NCBI GenBank assembly: GCA_013791585.1
Contig: VMTK01000005.1
Span: forward strand, 18,484 to 82,483
Source: Candidatus Falkowbacteria bacterium
GTDB taxonomy: Bacteria > Patescibacteriota > Patescibacteriia > Patescibacteriales > VMTK01
Reading direction: 5' to 3'
DNA: 64,000 bases
Below the pieces are notes generated by a model. It saw only the letters and a program-made list of their open reading frames with translations. It was not told the origin of the DNA and searched no databases. Positions 28,557 to 38,859 of the stretch are shown here, piece by piece. Both the position numbers and the translations under genes were made by a program. Within the stretch, counting starts at the first letter, position 1; every line of letters begins with the position of its first letter.

Positions 28557-29888
28557 CTATACGACAAATACTTTCTCCAAAACATATTCCAAGAAATTAG
28601 TCTTTACGTAAGCCAGGCCGATTATAAAAATTATAACCAAAACGCTTTGCAGAATTAACGGCTTGTGCTGAATGCTGAATTTAACGAATATGTTTATCAG
28701 CAAAGAAACAGCCACTATTGCCAAAACAATAAAGAAAATATAATGCGATATTTTTATGGCATTGGCCGCTATGCTTATTTTTTGATCTTGTTCAACGCCA
28801 AAAGATTTAACTTCTACCGCTAATTCATCCCTCATGCCGCTAAAATCAATGTAAGGGCTTGCCGGCTTAGTATTTAAAGAAGAGCTTGGTTTTATTTCGG
28901 CTATTATGCTTTTATCTAAATCTTGAACAGCCGGCTTTTCAATATTTTCTGTTTTTTCTTCAGTCGATTTTACCTCTGTCTGTTTTACCTGCTCAGCTTT
29001 AACTTGCGGGCTTGCCTCTGTTGTTTCCTGCTTGATGGCATTAACCGGCAAAGTCGCTGTTTGCTTTGGAGCCGCTGGCTCATTAACAGCCGGAGCCATT
29101 GCCAATTTCGTACTGCTTGTACTTCCGAAAATCTGCACCAGAACATTGGTTTTCTGGCCTTCAATCTCGCCTGACAGGACTGCCAAGCCGACATCAGTAT
29201 ATCTTTGGTTTAATATATTTTTCTTGTGAGTTTCCGACAGCATCAAGGCGCTATGCGCCGCTTGGGCGGAAGTAAAATTCATAGCCAGATTCTCGCCGGC
29301 GAACAGATAAGCGTATTCGCTTCTGTTTATAAAATTCCATGGCATGCGGCCGTCCGGGCTTTCATGCGCGAAATATCCTTTTTCAACCATGTCTTGGGCT
29401 TTGCTTAAAGCCGATTCGTTTAAAGCAAAATTATTCGCCAGCTCATCTATCCCTTCGCTCTTTCTGTCAATATTGATTAATTCCATAATTTGCTTGGTAA
29501 TCAGCTCGGACATTTTCGCCTGATTCGGATAAATGAAAAATAAATAACCGGCTACTGACATTTTAACCAACAGCATAGCCAAAACAATAATAGCCAAAGA
29601 TTTAGTCCTTAAAATTTTCGGCTTATGCTCATTGTCTTCGCTTGGTATGAAATACTCTTTAAAAATAGATCCGGAATCATGAAAAAACCTTTTAAAACCC
29701 TCTTTCCCGTTCACTAATTCTTCAACCTCTTCTTTCTCCTCATCAAGGAAATCCTTAAAATTAACTTCAATTTTCTTTCTATTTTTTTTATTCAGCTTAA
29801 AAGCAAGCAATCTAGCGATAAATCCCCAGATAATTAAAAATAGAATCCATTTTTTCCCGTTGTTTTTCTTATTTTTTAAAAATTTCAT
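28557..29888 (-). CDS. CAP (SCP/PR-1, YkwD-like) domain membrane protein
   Basis: A central CAP-like region (GYFAHESPDG...AGENLAMNF...HSALMLSETHKKNIL) is flanked by TM segments. Confidence 0.55.
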   Translation of the reverse strand: MKFLKNKKNNGKKWILFLIIWGFIARLLAFKLNKKNRKKIEVNFKDFLDEEKEEVEELVNGKEGFKRFFHDSGSIFKEYFIPSEDNEHKPKILRTKSLAIIVLAMLLVKMSVAGYLFFIYPNQAKMSELITKQIMELINIDRKSEGIDELANNFALNESALSKAQDMVEKGYFAHESPDGRMPWNFINRSEYAYLFAGENLAMNFTSAQAAHSALMLSETHKKNILNQRYTDVGLAVLSGEIEGQKTNVLVQIFGSTSSTKLAMAPAVNEPAAPKQTATLPVNAIKQETTEASPQVKAEQVKQTEVKSTEEKTENIEKPAVQDLDKSIIAEIKPSSSLNTKPASPYIDFSGMRDELAVEVKSFGVEQDQKISIAANAIKISHYIFFIVLAIVAVSLLINIFVKFSIQHKPLILQSVLVIIFIIGLAYVKTNFLEYVLEKVFVV

Positions 29889-30044
29889 GTTTATAATATA
29901 GCAAAAATTAAAAGGATTGTCAAAAGAATTAATTCTTGAATTGTTCTAAATAATTGTGAATTACGGTTTAATACAAAAAAATCTCTTGCTTAATTCCAAG
30001 CAAGAGATTTTTTATGTATAAAATCATTGACGCGGCGCCGCAAA

Positions 30045-32456
30045 CTAAAATCCGGGGAACTGGCTTTTTACTGTTGCTTTGTCGTTTTCATCAGTTAAAA
30101 TATTAAGCAAAGAACTTACGGCTGTTTTCATTTTGTCTTTTTCTCCAAGCTTTTGATAAAGCACCGCCAAGCTGTACAGCGAATTCGCGTGATTGGGTAT
30201 TGCTTGCGTAATGCTTAAAAACGCCTGCTCGGCTAAATTTAAATCTTCGTTGCGGCTGATCGCGCTAGTTGCCGGCTGGCTGGCTTCTACGCTTAATTCA
30301 TCTTCTTCGTTTTCGCCGATTGTGATTTCTTCGGCCGCTGTCTGAGATAAATTCGGCTGGACCACTCCTCTGTTAAAATAAAGCCGGCCAAGCTCAAATC
30401 TGTAATTTATATTATTTCTGTCAATTATAACCGCTTTTTTTAACTGTTCAATTGATTCGTCATTATCGGCTATGCTCTCATAAGCGACTGACTTGCCGTA
30501 ATATGCCGCGGCTAAATCGGATTTTTTCGCGATTGCTTCATCATATTTTTTAATCGCTTCTTGAATGAAATATTCCTTTTCCGCTTGATCAGACTCAAGC
30601 CTTGCCCGAGCCATGCTGACTAAAGCTAAACGAACATAAGGCGTGGGATTATTAGGGTCAAGCTCGGCTGTTTTATTATAATAAGTTTCCGCCCACTCCA
30701 GCGCGCCTCTGATATAAAATGACGAGTTCTCGTAAATCAGCGCCAGCGCCTCATTGCAGCTCGCCTTATTAGGCGCTATTTCAACGGCTTTTTTGCCGTT
30801 TTCAATAGACATGCTTAAATAATTCTGAAAATCTTGATTGTTATTCTGCGCCTGTCGGTTGGCCAATGACATGTAGCTATTGGCTAAATTTATGTAATAA
30901 ATATCCCTGTAAGGCGCGAGCGCGGCGGCTTTTTCCAATTTTGCTATTTTTTCTTCCAAGGTTGGCGCGCGCAGGCTTTCGTTAACATAAGCATCGGCCA
31001 AGTACATCTTGATGCCCAAAGTGAACAAAACAACCACGCCGGCGCTTACGCACAGGAAAATGGCGGCCAATGCCAGCGCGTATTTCGGGGAAGTCCTGAA
31101 AGATAAATTTATTGAATTGAACTTTTCCGGATAAACTATAATGGCGGACGACACGGCAAAAGTGGAAATTAAAACAGCGAATAATATTATACCGCTATTC
31201 AATGAAAAAAGAAGCGAAAGTATAAAAACCGCGGCAAAACCGGCAAAAAGAGACAAGACGATTGAATGCGTTTCTTTGTCGCCAGACTTAATTAAAGCTA
31301 TAAAGCAAAGCGAAATCGCTATTAATGCTATGATCACGAATGATAAAGCGCCCAATACTCCGACATTGGCTAAAAGCTCAAACAAAGATCCGCTGGCGCT
31401 GTCAAATCGCGCGTTCCAAAGAGGAGAATTGTTGAATGCCAAGTCTTTGTATTTCGTAAAACTGTAATAAAAAGTGGAAGGCCCTGACCCAAAAATAGGA
31501 TCCTTTATTATGCTGGCTTTCGCGATATCCCATGAAGCGCCGCGCGACAAGCTTACTTCAGCCGGCAAATCCAAACTTTTAAAATTAAAATTACCCAAGA
31601 CTAAAAGCGTGATTAACAATAAAAAAGCGGCCAGCGGAATAATTAAATTATTCTGAGAAATCTTAATCACTTTTGACAGAAAAAACATTAAGACAATAAC
31701 AATTCCGACTATGGCGGCCGGCAAAAAAGCAAATCCCTTTAACAAAGCCAGCACTGCCAAAGAAATTAAACTGACAATTAATAATAAAATCTTAACAAAA
31801 ATTTTAATAAACTTGCTTTTGAGATTCGGGTGTATTTCATTGATTTGCGCGGCGGCTACGATAAACAGGGGCAAAACGCTTGCTATAAACACGGTAAGCG
31901 CCGACGCTGATCCAAGAGCATTAAAGCTGATCGCTTTGGTAATCGCGAAAGGAAGAATGAAAATGCCCAAAAGCTGCAGCAGCGAATAAACAGCTATCAA
32001 ACTGCTTGAAAAAATCAAAGACCAAAATATCAGCTTGATTCTTTTAATGTTGATATTATTAACCATTAAATAATAAAACAAGGCGAAAATAACAACAGCG
32101 GCCAAACTTTTCGCTGAATTCCCATAAGCTCCTATCAAACTGTCTTTGTAATTGACGGACAGAATAGTTGAAACAGCAACCGAAGCGATCAGCGCTATTA
32201 TCGGCCAATCCAGAGGAGTCCTCTTGAGCTTGAGCTCTCCTTCCGTAATGCCCTTTGTTACCCATGCCACAATTCCGATTAAGACTAAAAAATAAAATAG
32301 CATCATTTTTTCAAAACCCATTCCTTGGGCCGCGAAACCGGTAAAAAACAGCGGGCAAAGGAAAAAAATAAGCGAAATAGCGCTTACAATAATAAAATCC
32401 AATGCCTTAACGCCGGCTTTTGTTTTTGTTAAGGATGATTTCAAGATGGTTGACAT
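30045..32456 (-). CDS. O-antigen ligase/polymerase-like polytopic membrane protein with C-terminal TPR repeats
   Basis: 803 aa. The N-terminal half has more than 10 TM helices and the C-terminal roughly 300 aa are TPR-like (AKLEKAAALAPYRDIYYINLANSYMSLA...). Confidence 0.5.
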   Translation of the reverse strand: MSTILKSSLTKTKAGVKALDFIIVSAISLIFFLCPLFFTGFAAQGMGFEKMMLFYFLVLIGIVAWVTKGITEGELKLKRTPLDWPIIALIASVAVSTILSVNYKDSLIGAYGNSAKSLAAVVIFALFYYLMVNNINIKRIKLIFWSLIFSSSLIAVYSLLQLLGIFILPFAITKAISFNALGSASALTVFIASVLPLFIVAAAQINEIHPNLKSKFIKIFVKILLLIVSLISLAVLALLKGFAFLPAAIVGIVIVLMFFLSKVIKISQNNLIIPLAAFLLLITLLVLGNFNFKSLDLPAEVSLSRGASWDIAKASIIKDPIFGSGPSTFYYSFTKYKDLAFNNSPLWNARFDSASGSLFELLANVGVLGALSFVIIALIAISLCFIALIKSGDKETHSIVLSLFAGFAAVFILSLLFSLNSGIILFAVLISTFAVSSAIIVYPEKFNSINLSFRTSPKYALALAAIFLCVSAGVVVLFTLGIKMYLADAYVNESLRAPTLEEKIAKLEKAAALAPYRDIYYINLANSYMSLANRQAQNNNQDFQNYLSMSIENGKKAVEIAPNKASCNEALALIYENSSFYIRGALEWAETYYNKTAELDPNNPTPYVRLALVSMARARLESDQAEKEYFIQEAIKKYDEAIAKKSDLAAAYYGKSVAYESIADNDESIEQLKKAVIIDRNNINYRFELGRLYFNRGVVQPNLSQTAAEEITIGENEEDELSVEASQPATSAISRNEDLNLAEQAFLSITQAIPNHANSLYSLAVLYQKLGEKDKMKTAVSSLLNILTDENDKATVKSQFPGF

Positions 32457-32569
32457 AGTAAAATAGCGCGAATAATAACGTTAGCTTCTTAAAGCTAAAG
32501 CGCTACATATCCACATAAATAATATTTATAATTTGAGTATATCACAAACATAATTGCCGCGCAATAATA

Positions 32570-32810
32570 TGTCGCAATTACTGAACGAAGCTCGAACCTT
32601 TTTTGAACAAAACTCCGACTGATTGCTCCCGCCGTTGGCGGGACGGCAGAAACTAAACGCTCGGGCGGGCAAAAAGCGAAGTCCCATACCGAACTTGTTC
32701 TGGTGCGGGGGAAGGGGGTTGGGGGGAAGGAATTTTTGCCCGCCCTTGCTTTCCGATTCCAATTTTTCCGCCGCCGCCGCATTTCGTGCCAGTGAAACTG
32801 GCGCGCCGCC
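32570..32810 (+). ncRNA. GC-rich structured repeat element, copy 1 (inverted relative to copies 2 and 3)
   Basis: It is the reverse complement of 35643-35880 and of 46543-46826. Conserved core gggcgggcaaaaa...tttttgcccgccc plus hairpins with compensatory substitutions. The embedded ORFs are taken to be spurious. Confidence 0.5.
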
Positions 32811-32889
32811 TTATTTCAAGTTTACTGATTTTGCTCTTTAGCGGCAAATTCTTTTTAAAACTACATAATATTTCTATAGCTTGCTCGTA

Positions 32890-34338
32890 TTACTGTTTTA
32901 TTAGAGAACCAGAAAATGCTATTCCACCCATAAATTCTTGTCCGGAATATATATGTTCTCCTCCTATAATCATCTTGGAAAAGGTTAATGTATTTCCCGC
33001 AAGTTGAAACTCTAAACTCGTGTTTTCACCAAACAGAATCACCATAGACCCCTCTTTTTTCCAATTCAGTAATCCAATCTTTTCGTCGGGTGAACTTATT
33101 GTCCCATCTTGATTAAATGTAATCATCCAATCATGTGTAAATACTTCCTGACTTCCTCCTGCTGTATTTTGCAAGACACCCGCCCATGTGGTTCCGCCAA
33201 CCGAATTATTATTTTCGGTATGTGATTGCTCCTTTTGTGTTTCCACCTTGATTTTGCTCACTTCCGTTTGCGCGGAGTTTTCTGAAGCATTTGCCGACTC
33301 TGCTGGCTGATTAACCCCTAATATATTCTCAATCTCCTCCACTGTCACTGCGTCATTAGTAACACCTTGTTCTTTCATCCATTCATTTACCTCTTCTTTT
33401 TCCAAAACCGAAACTTCTGTTGCTGGCTCTGGCTTTTCTTTTGTGGGGGTAGGTAATTTAATGCCGATTACCGACCCTGACTGAATTGTAGAATTAAGTT
33501 GTTCGGCTCCAAATGTTACAGCATTCAGTTTATCAATACCTAGGACTAGATTAGTAGGCAAAGTAGCGACCATTAAAATAGCCGCAGCCGGTTCCGTTAT
33601 TTTGCGGACATCTCCCACGATAGAAGATATTTTGTTTTTATCGCCTAGCGCCATTTTAGCAGTATCATCAGTAATTTCCAGCGTTAAATCTGCGCCACTG
33701 ACAATTACAGCGACCTGACCAAAAGTTCCACCACTAGCAATAGCAGCTGTTCCTCCCGTAAGCGCGATTGTTCCTACAAATACGGTCACCTTGCTAGCGT
33801 TTTTAACCACAGTCGCTCGATTCTCACAGGTTTGAAAAACATCTCCTTCTTCTCCGTAAGCCTCTCTGCTTATTTCATCTTGGGATTGATTAAGAACAAG
33901 CTGAGCCATTTTTGCGTCTACTCCCAAAAACTGAGCAAGTGTTCTAATTTTTCTTCCCATTGGAGCTTTATCAACAATATTTGTAATTTCTTCTTTAGTG
34001 TAAGCCTGTACTGTTTCGACAAATTTAAGACTTACTTTTTCCTCTGCCATTTTATTGGCTAAATTTTCTAGAACAATAGCTTCTTTTCCCAATGCTTCCC
34101 AATTTTTAATTATATCTGTCATTTCACTACTCCAAGCGTCATAATCGGCATAGTTCTTGGCATTTATCAACACATTGTCAGTTCGGTATCTCAAGGCGGC
34201 ATATTCCCGAGAGATATTAAGCGTGCTTTCCAAAATTGCCTGCTCTTGTGTCTGAGGCGCTTGGCGATTGTTGAGAAAATAAAAAATTCCGCCGACAAAA
34301 ATGATAATTACTATTGCTACGATGATTATTTTTTTCAT
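32890..34338 (-). CDS. Membrane-anchored extracytoplasmic protein, hypothetical
   Basis: 482 aa with an N-terminal TM anchor and no recognisable motif. Confidence 0.45.
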   Translation of the reverse strand: MKKIIIVAIVIIIFVGGIFYFLNNRQAPQTQEQAILESTLNISREYAALRYRTDNVLINAKNYADYDAWSSEMTDIIKNWEALGKEAIVLENLANKMAEEKVSLKFVETVQAYTKEEITNIVDKAPMGRKIRTLAQFLGVDAKMAQLVLNQSQDEISREAYGEEGDVFQTCENRATVVKNASKVTVFVGTIALTGGTAAIASGGTFGQVAVIVSGADLTLEITDDTAKMALGDKNKISSIVGDVRKITEPAAAILMVATLPTNLVLGIDKLNAVTFGAEQLNSTIQSGSVIGIKLPTPTKEKPEPATEVSVLEKEEVNEWMKEQGVTNDAVTVEEIENILGVNQPAESANASENSAQTEVSKIKVETQKEQSHTENNNSVGGTTWAGVLQNTAGGSQEVFTHDWMITFNQDGTISSPDEKIGLLNWKKEGSMVILFGENTSLEFQLAGNTLTFSKMIIGGEHIYSGQEFMGGIAFSGSLIKQ

Positions 34339-34603
34339 AATGGTTCTTTAATATTTTAAATATTTAATTATCCTCAGTATAGTTCCTTATTGTTAATAGA
34401 TAAATCGTTTTCGCAGCCCCGTTATTCAACGGGATAAACTCCGCGGAGAAAACACCATATATCCCTCTTGTATTTAAAGAAAAAGAAATTTGAAATTTTT
34501 TTAAAACAATTGGGCGATAACCCAAAAGGAAAAGGAATATTTCAGCTAACTCGTTTTTATACGAATTGTTTCCGCTATTTTATTGAAAATTTACTAAATT
34601 TGA

Positions 34604-35335
34604 TTATTCTCCTAAGCCACTAAGCGCAGTCGTCTCAATTTTTTTATTGAGATTAGCAATGTTAAAGCCAAATAATATCACTTCTTGCACATTTAAAGGA
34701 AAAATTGTTTTAATGTCTTTTGGATAAAGCGAGCCGTCTCTTGGCGACTCATGAGACATTTTGTTTATATCGCGATATGACAATTCGTTCGGATAATTTA
34801 TTTTAGCTGGCACGGACTTCCCGCTTAATTCCTTTAATTTGCCATTTTGCATAATAAACTCTCCACAGCGAACCCAAACATACAATGGAAACAAACCATC
34901 TTCCGTCGGATTTAAATTCCCTATAACGCAAAAATTACGGCTATCAGCTGTTGTTTTCCAACTAAAATATTTTTGCGTTAAAAGATAGTCCGTAATAAAT
35001 TTTTCCAATTGATCATCGCCAAAACTTGAGGTTGGTTTTTTACAGCAAATACACGGGCATTTTAAACCAACAATATCACCCAAATAGTCCGCCTTGTTTT
35101 TGCAAAAGTCAGCTTTATGGTTCCAGTAAAACTCTAAGTCTTCTGCTCTTTTATCATCAAGAATGTTTATTATTTCACCACCTTTTTCTTTTGCCAAACA
35201 CTCGTCCGCGGTAATTCTAACTTGCTTAACAACCTCGGGCTGAACCTTTTTGTTATAAAGAAAAAATCCCACACCGGCAAAAACTGCCAATATTATTACT
35301 GATAAAACAATTAAAACATATTTATTCATTTTCAT
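34604..35335 (-). CDS. Membrane-anchored Cys-containing protein, hypothetical
   Basis: 243 aa with an N-terminal TM anchor. Confidence 0.45.
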   Translation of the reverse strand: MKMNKYVLIVLSVIILAVFAGVGFFLYNKKVQPEVVKQVRITADECLAKEKGGEIINILDDKRAEDLEFYWNHKADFCKNKADYLGDIVGLKCPCICCKKPTSSFGDDQLEKFITDYLLTQKYFSWKTTADSRNFCVIGNLNPTEDGLFPLYVWVRCGEFIMQNGKLKELSGKSVPAKINYPNELSYRDINKMSHESPRDGSLYPKDIKTIFPLNVQEVILFGFNIANLNKKIETTALSGLGE

Positions 35336-35345
35336 TTGTGTTTTT

Positions 35346-35552
35346 TTATTTTAATAAATCCTCAATTGAAACGCCAAATGCCTTGGCTATTTTAGACATA
35401 ATCATAACGGACGGTTTTCTAATTACATTACTTTCAATTTTTGTCAGGGTAGTATATTTAACACCGGATTTTTTGGCAAAATCCTCTTGCGACAAACCAA
35501 TCCTTGCCCGTTGTTTTTTTATATTTTCCCCTATATTAATTTCTGTTGCCAT
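35346..35552 (-). CDS. XRE-family helix-turn-helix transcriptional regulator
   Basis: IKKQRARIGLSQEDFAKKSGVKYTTLTKIESN is a classic Cro/C1 HTH. It is paralogous to 46182..46394. Confidence 0.8.
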   Translation of the reverse strand: MATEINIGENIKKQRARIGLSQEDFAKKSGVKYTTLTKIESNVIRKPSVMIMSKIAKAFGVSIEDLLK

Positions 35553-35642
35553 ATTTTCAATTATTTGATAGTATGATAATGATGTGTTATACTTTCAATA
35601 TAATGATACCAAATTTTATAAAAACAATCAAACAAAATTCTT

Positions 35643-36070
35643 GGCGGCGCATTTCGCAAAGCGAAATACGAAATTCGGCGGCGGCGGAAAAATCGGAATC
35701 GGAAAGCAAGGGCGGGCAAAAATTCCTTCCCCCCAACCCCCTTCCCCCGCACCAGAACAAGTTCGGTATGGGACTTCGCTTTTTGCCCGCCCGAGCGTTC
35801 AGTTTCTGCCGTCCCGCCAACGGCGGGAGCAATCAGTCGGAGTTTTGTTCAAAAAAGGTTCAAAATTAAAAAAGCAATTCCGCCCCTAAATTCAAAGGCA
35901 AAGGCGGGCAAAAAAGGAAGGGGTTTTTTTTTGGGGGGGGAGGGAAATTTTTGCCCGCCGTGCCTTCCTCCCGCCGGAGCATGTCCCGCACACCGATGCG
36001 GGAACGGGCTAATCCGCCTCTTTTTTAAGCCAAGATTATTTTTCGTGCCAATATCATTGGCGCGCCGCCT
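35643..36070 (-). ncRNA. GC-rich structured repeat element, copy 2 (composite; contains a second degenerate core)
   Basis: It shares the core with copies 1 and 3 and sits about 100-500 nt upstream of the XRE gene. Confidence 0.5.
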
Positions 36071-36257
36071 TAATTTATTAAAAATTCTTTTGCTTTATCT
36101 AAATTTTGCCGAAAATTACTTCTATTTGTAAAAATTAAGTTTGATGATTTTAAATAAAAAATAAATTTAGAAAAATTTTCAATATTCGTCGAAAACATTT
36201 TTACATATTCCTTAAATAAATCTTTCGCGCCATTTGGAAGTTCTCTCTTAAGTTTAT

Positions 36258-36713
36258 TTAAAAAAAATTATATAATTGTGTATCAATTTTATTCTTTTCT
36301 TTTAATTTCAAATATGTTGTTGCCATAAAAGCATAGTTAAACGGTTCTCCTTCGCAACCTCCATTAAAAATTTTTTTATCTATTTTATTATTAATTATCG
36401 GATTAAAAAAGGCATGATGAGTTTCATGAAATAGACATCCCCACAAATTTTCCGGATATTTTTTTTGAATATTCCTATTGTATATTCCCATTTTAACGAT
36501 ATGGGGATTGCATGTAGAGTCGTATGCTGCTCCACCTGTTGAATTGTTCAATTCTATTTTTATTTGATCATCATTCCATGCTTGACCAAAAACTTCTTCA
36601 ATGGTTGGGAAAACAACCTCGATATCATCAAGGTATTTTTTTAGTTTTTCAACAGCTTCCGTATCTTCAGAAAATTTTTGTAAATTTGTAATTAAATAGT
36701 GTGTAGTTTCCAT
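36258..36713 (-). CDS. Small HExxH-motif protein (possible ImmA/IrrE-like metallopeptidase)
   Basis: 151 aa containing the CLFHETHHAF HExxH motif. Confidence 0.35.
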   Translation of the reverse strand: METTHYLITNLQKFSEDTEAVEKLKKYLDDIEVVFPTIEEVFGQAWNDDQIKIELNNSTGGAAYDSTCNPHIVKMGIYNRNIQKKYPENLWGCLFHETHHAFFNPIINNKIDKKIFNGGCEGEPFNYAFMATTYLKLKEKNKIDTQLYNFF

Positions 36714-36925
36714 TAAAATAAAATGTTAAATTATTTTTTCCAATCTTTTATAATTATACTCTTTCCTTTCATTTTAACAACGACTTTTTGTTTTTCTCTC
36801 CATTTCAATTTATTAATCATTTCAATCGGGATCGTCACGGCATAACTATCCCCGCTCTTCAAAATTTTCCTTATATTTTCGTCTTCATTTTTTCTTCTCA
36901 TAAAATACTGATTTTAATCATTATT

Positions 36926-38155
36926 TTAATAAAACCATGTTATATCTGGATTCTTAATTTCTTCAACGTTGCTTTGCTTCAGCTTGTATAATCCATCCTC
37001 TAAAATTGTTTTCCAGGTACCTTGATAATAATAGTATTCCACTTCACCGAGAAGCCAATTCTTTGTGCCAAATTTTATATACACAGTATCTTTGGATTTG
37101 TTATAGGGTTCAACTGAGATAACGTCTACATCTATTATATCATTGAAGCGGTTGGTCCACTCTTCAAGGGTAGTATATTTTTTATATGTACTACTTAATA
37201 AATTAAATCCATTGCTCATGCTTCTGGCTTTTAAATAAGTATAAAAGGCTTTGACTCCTTCTACGGGCGAAAGACTGGGATTAACCTCTATTTTAGCTAT
37301 GGACTGGTCGGTGAAAAGATCTATAAGATGGTTTGCAATATCTGCGGCAATGAAAAGCGATTGGCCGGACATGCTCATTGTATTAATACCTACTACGTTT
37401 CCACAAATATCAGTCAATGGTCCTCCGCTCATACCTTCGACTAAACCAAAATCGGTCTGGAGATAACCCACTGATTCTTTTTTTGATTTACGATAATCCA
37501 AATAGTTACCTTTTATAACAGTAGGATCGCCGGTTAAATCTGTTCCGAGCGGATAGCCTGCTGCTATTAATTGTTCTTCGGGCTTGAAACTAAGAGAATT
37601 AGGTAGAGAAAAAACAAAATCAAAGTAATTTTTATCAGTATATAAGATCGCCAGGTCGGCTTTTTGATCGCCGGTTATTTTTATAGGCGTGATAAAGGTG
37701 CCATCAGGAAAAATAATTTTTGGGCTTGGCTCGCCATCAATAACATGAAAGTTAGTAAGTATCTGATCAGGCGCAATAAAAAAACCACTGCCCTCGGAAT
37801 ATCCGCCAACAATTCGTACAACAGATTTTTTCAGTTTTTCCTGCGCGTCAAACTTGCAATATAATTTTTGGTACCAACTATGGTGCGTCATCAAATAGTC
37901 ATTCATGACCAAACCGGTAACCGCCAGATAAGCCAATAAAATAATCGCGAGTAAAAATTTGAAGAAACTTTTAAAGCTACGGAAAGGATATGAAAATATA
38001 TAAGTCAAGGCGGCCTTAAAAGCAGTATCAACGGACTTATAGATGGCGGATATTGATTTTAATAATTTTATATCAGAATAATAATATAATTTTTCTGAGT
38101 TTTTATCTTTTTCTTTTTCGTCCTTAAATTTTTTTATGGTATAGATTAACTTCAT
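36926..38155 (-). CDS. Membrane-anchored trypsin-like serine protease (S1 family) with a C-terminal domain of unknown function
   Basis: VVRIVGGYSEGSGFFIAPDQILTNFHV (His), ADLAILY (Asp) and GMSGGPLTDICGNVVGI (Ser) form the catalytic triad context. Confidence 0.7.
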   Translation of the reverse strand: MKLIYTIKKFKDEKEKDKNSEKLYYYSDIKLLKSISAIYKSVDTAFKAALTYIFSYPFRSFKSFFKFLLAIILLAYLAVTGLVMNDYLMTHHSWYQKLYCKFDAQEKLKKSVVRIVGGYSEGSGFFIAPDQILTNFHVIDGEPSPKIIFPDGTFITPIKITGDQKADLAILYTDKNYFDFVFSLPNSLSFKPEEQLIAAGYPLGTDLTGDPTVIKGNYLDYRKSKKESVGYLQTDFGLVEGMSGGPLTDICGNVVGINTMSMSGQSLFIAADIANHLIDLFTDQSIAKIEVNPSLSPVEGVKAFYTYLKARSMSNGFNLLSSTYKKYTTLEEWTNRFNDIIDVDVISVEPYNKSKDTVYIKFGTKNWLLGEVEYYYYQGTWKTILEDGLYKLKQSNVEEIKNPDITWFY

Positions 38156-38179
38156 TGCCGGATAATTATTTGATTAGTT

Positions 38180-38623
38180 TTATTTAATCTCTTCGGCATT
38201 TTTAATAAAACTTCTAATTGCCGGATTTCTTCTTTTATTAGCTTCGGCGAGTTGACAAAGCGTTTTATAATTCATTTTCCACCCCTCTAAAAATTTATAT
38301 TTTTTATTTAATAAAACTAAAATAGCAAAATCGAATTCGTGTTTAGAAAAAATTCCCACCCTACCCTTTATTTTATCTCCAATAATACGTCTAGTTTTTA
38401 TCTGATATTTGTTCTCTTTTCTATCTACGGCATCATAGCCAGCATTTATTTGATCTGCAATTAAAAAAAGATTTAATTTATGACAAATTAATATTTCCCC
38501 AACTTCGGCGGTAATTCCCGATTTTCTTTCTGTTAAATTTTCATATTCCAAAGACGCAGAAATAACTTTTTCAATTGCGCTTAAAACAGAGGGGGTAATT
38601 TTAATAAAAGTATTTTTTTTCAT
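38180..38623 (-). CDS. Hypothetical protein
   Basis: 147 aa, 4 nt upstream of the protease gene. Confidence 0.4.
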   Translation of the reverse strand: MKKNTFIKITPSVLSAIEKVISASLEYENLTERKSGITAEVGEILICHKLNLFLIADQINAGYDAVDRKENKYQIKTRRIIGDKIKGRVGIFSKHEFDFAILVLLNKKYKFLEGWKMNYKTLCQLAEANKRRNPAIRSFIKNAEEIK

Positions 38624-38627
38624 AAAA

Positions 38628-38831
38628 TTACTTTCTATTTTTATATCTCATTCGAAAATTTTCTTTTCTTTCTATTGTATGAACTAAGCAATTTTCATCT
38701 TTACAGTTTACCAATAAACATTTAGCGCAATTTTCATCATTGCATTTGCAGTTTACGCCAAATTCTTTTTTAAACCCTTTAATCATTTTTATTTTTGTCA
38801 AATTATTGTTCATTGTATTAACATTAATCAA
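38628..38831 (-). CDS. Small Cys-rich protein (CxC/CxxC clusters)
   Basis: CKCNDENCAKCLLVNCKDENC is a possible Zn-binding cluster. Confidence 0.35.
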   Translation of the reverse strand: MINVNTMNNNLTKIKMIKGFKKEFGVNCKCNDENCAKCLLVNCKDENCLVHTIERKENFRMRYKNRK

Positions 38832-38859
38832 TTTTGATAAACGAGCGTTTAAAATAAAA

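Noticed and set aside
32623-32841. ORFs inside the GC-rich element copies (32623..32841+, 32653..32847-, 35584..35889+, 35587..35832-, 46497..46775-, 46717..46986+)
   Set aside because: They lie in a conserved non-coding repeat and exist in both orientations. They lack RBS and start context, have Arg/Pro/Gly-rich low-complexity composition driven by the GC content, and their conservation is at the nucleotide level.
32570-36070. Composite transposon interpretation requiring a transposase
   Set aside because: No transposase or integrase-like ORF lies inside or adjacent. I kept it as a finding (inverted-repeat-bounded cassette) but did not call a mobile_element feature.
35931-36131. ORF 35931..36131+ (MGGEGNFCPPCLPP...)
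   Set aside because: It falls within the degenerate second core of GC-element copy 2. Same reasoning as the other ORFs inside the element.
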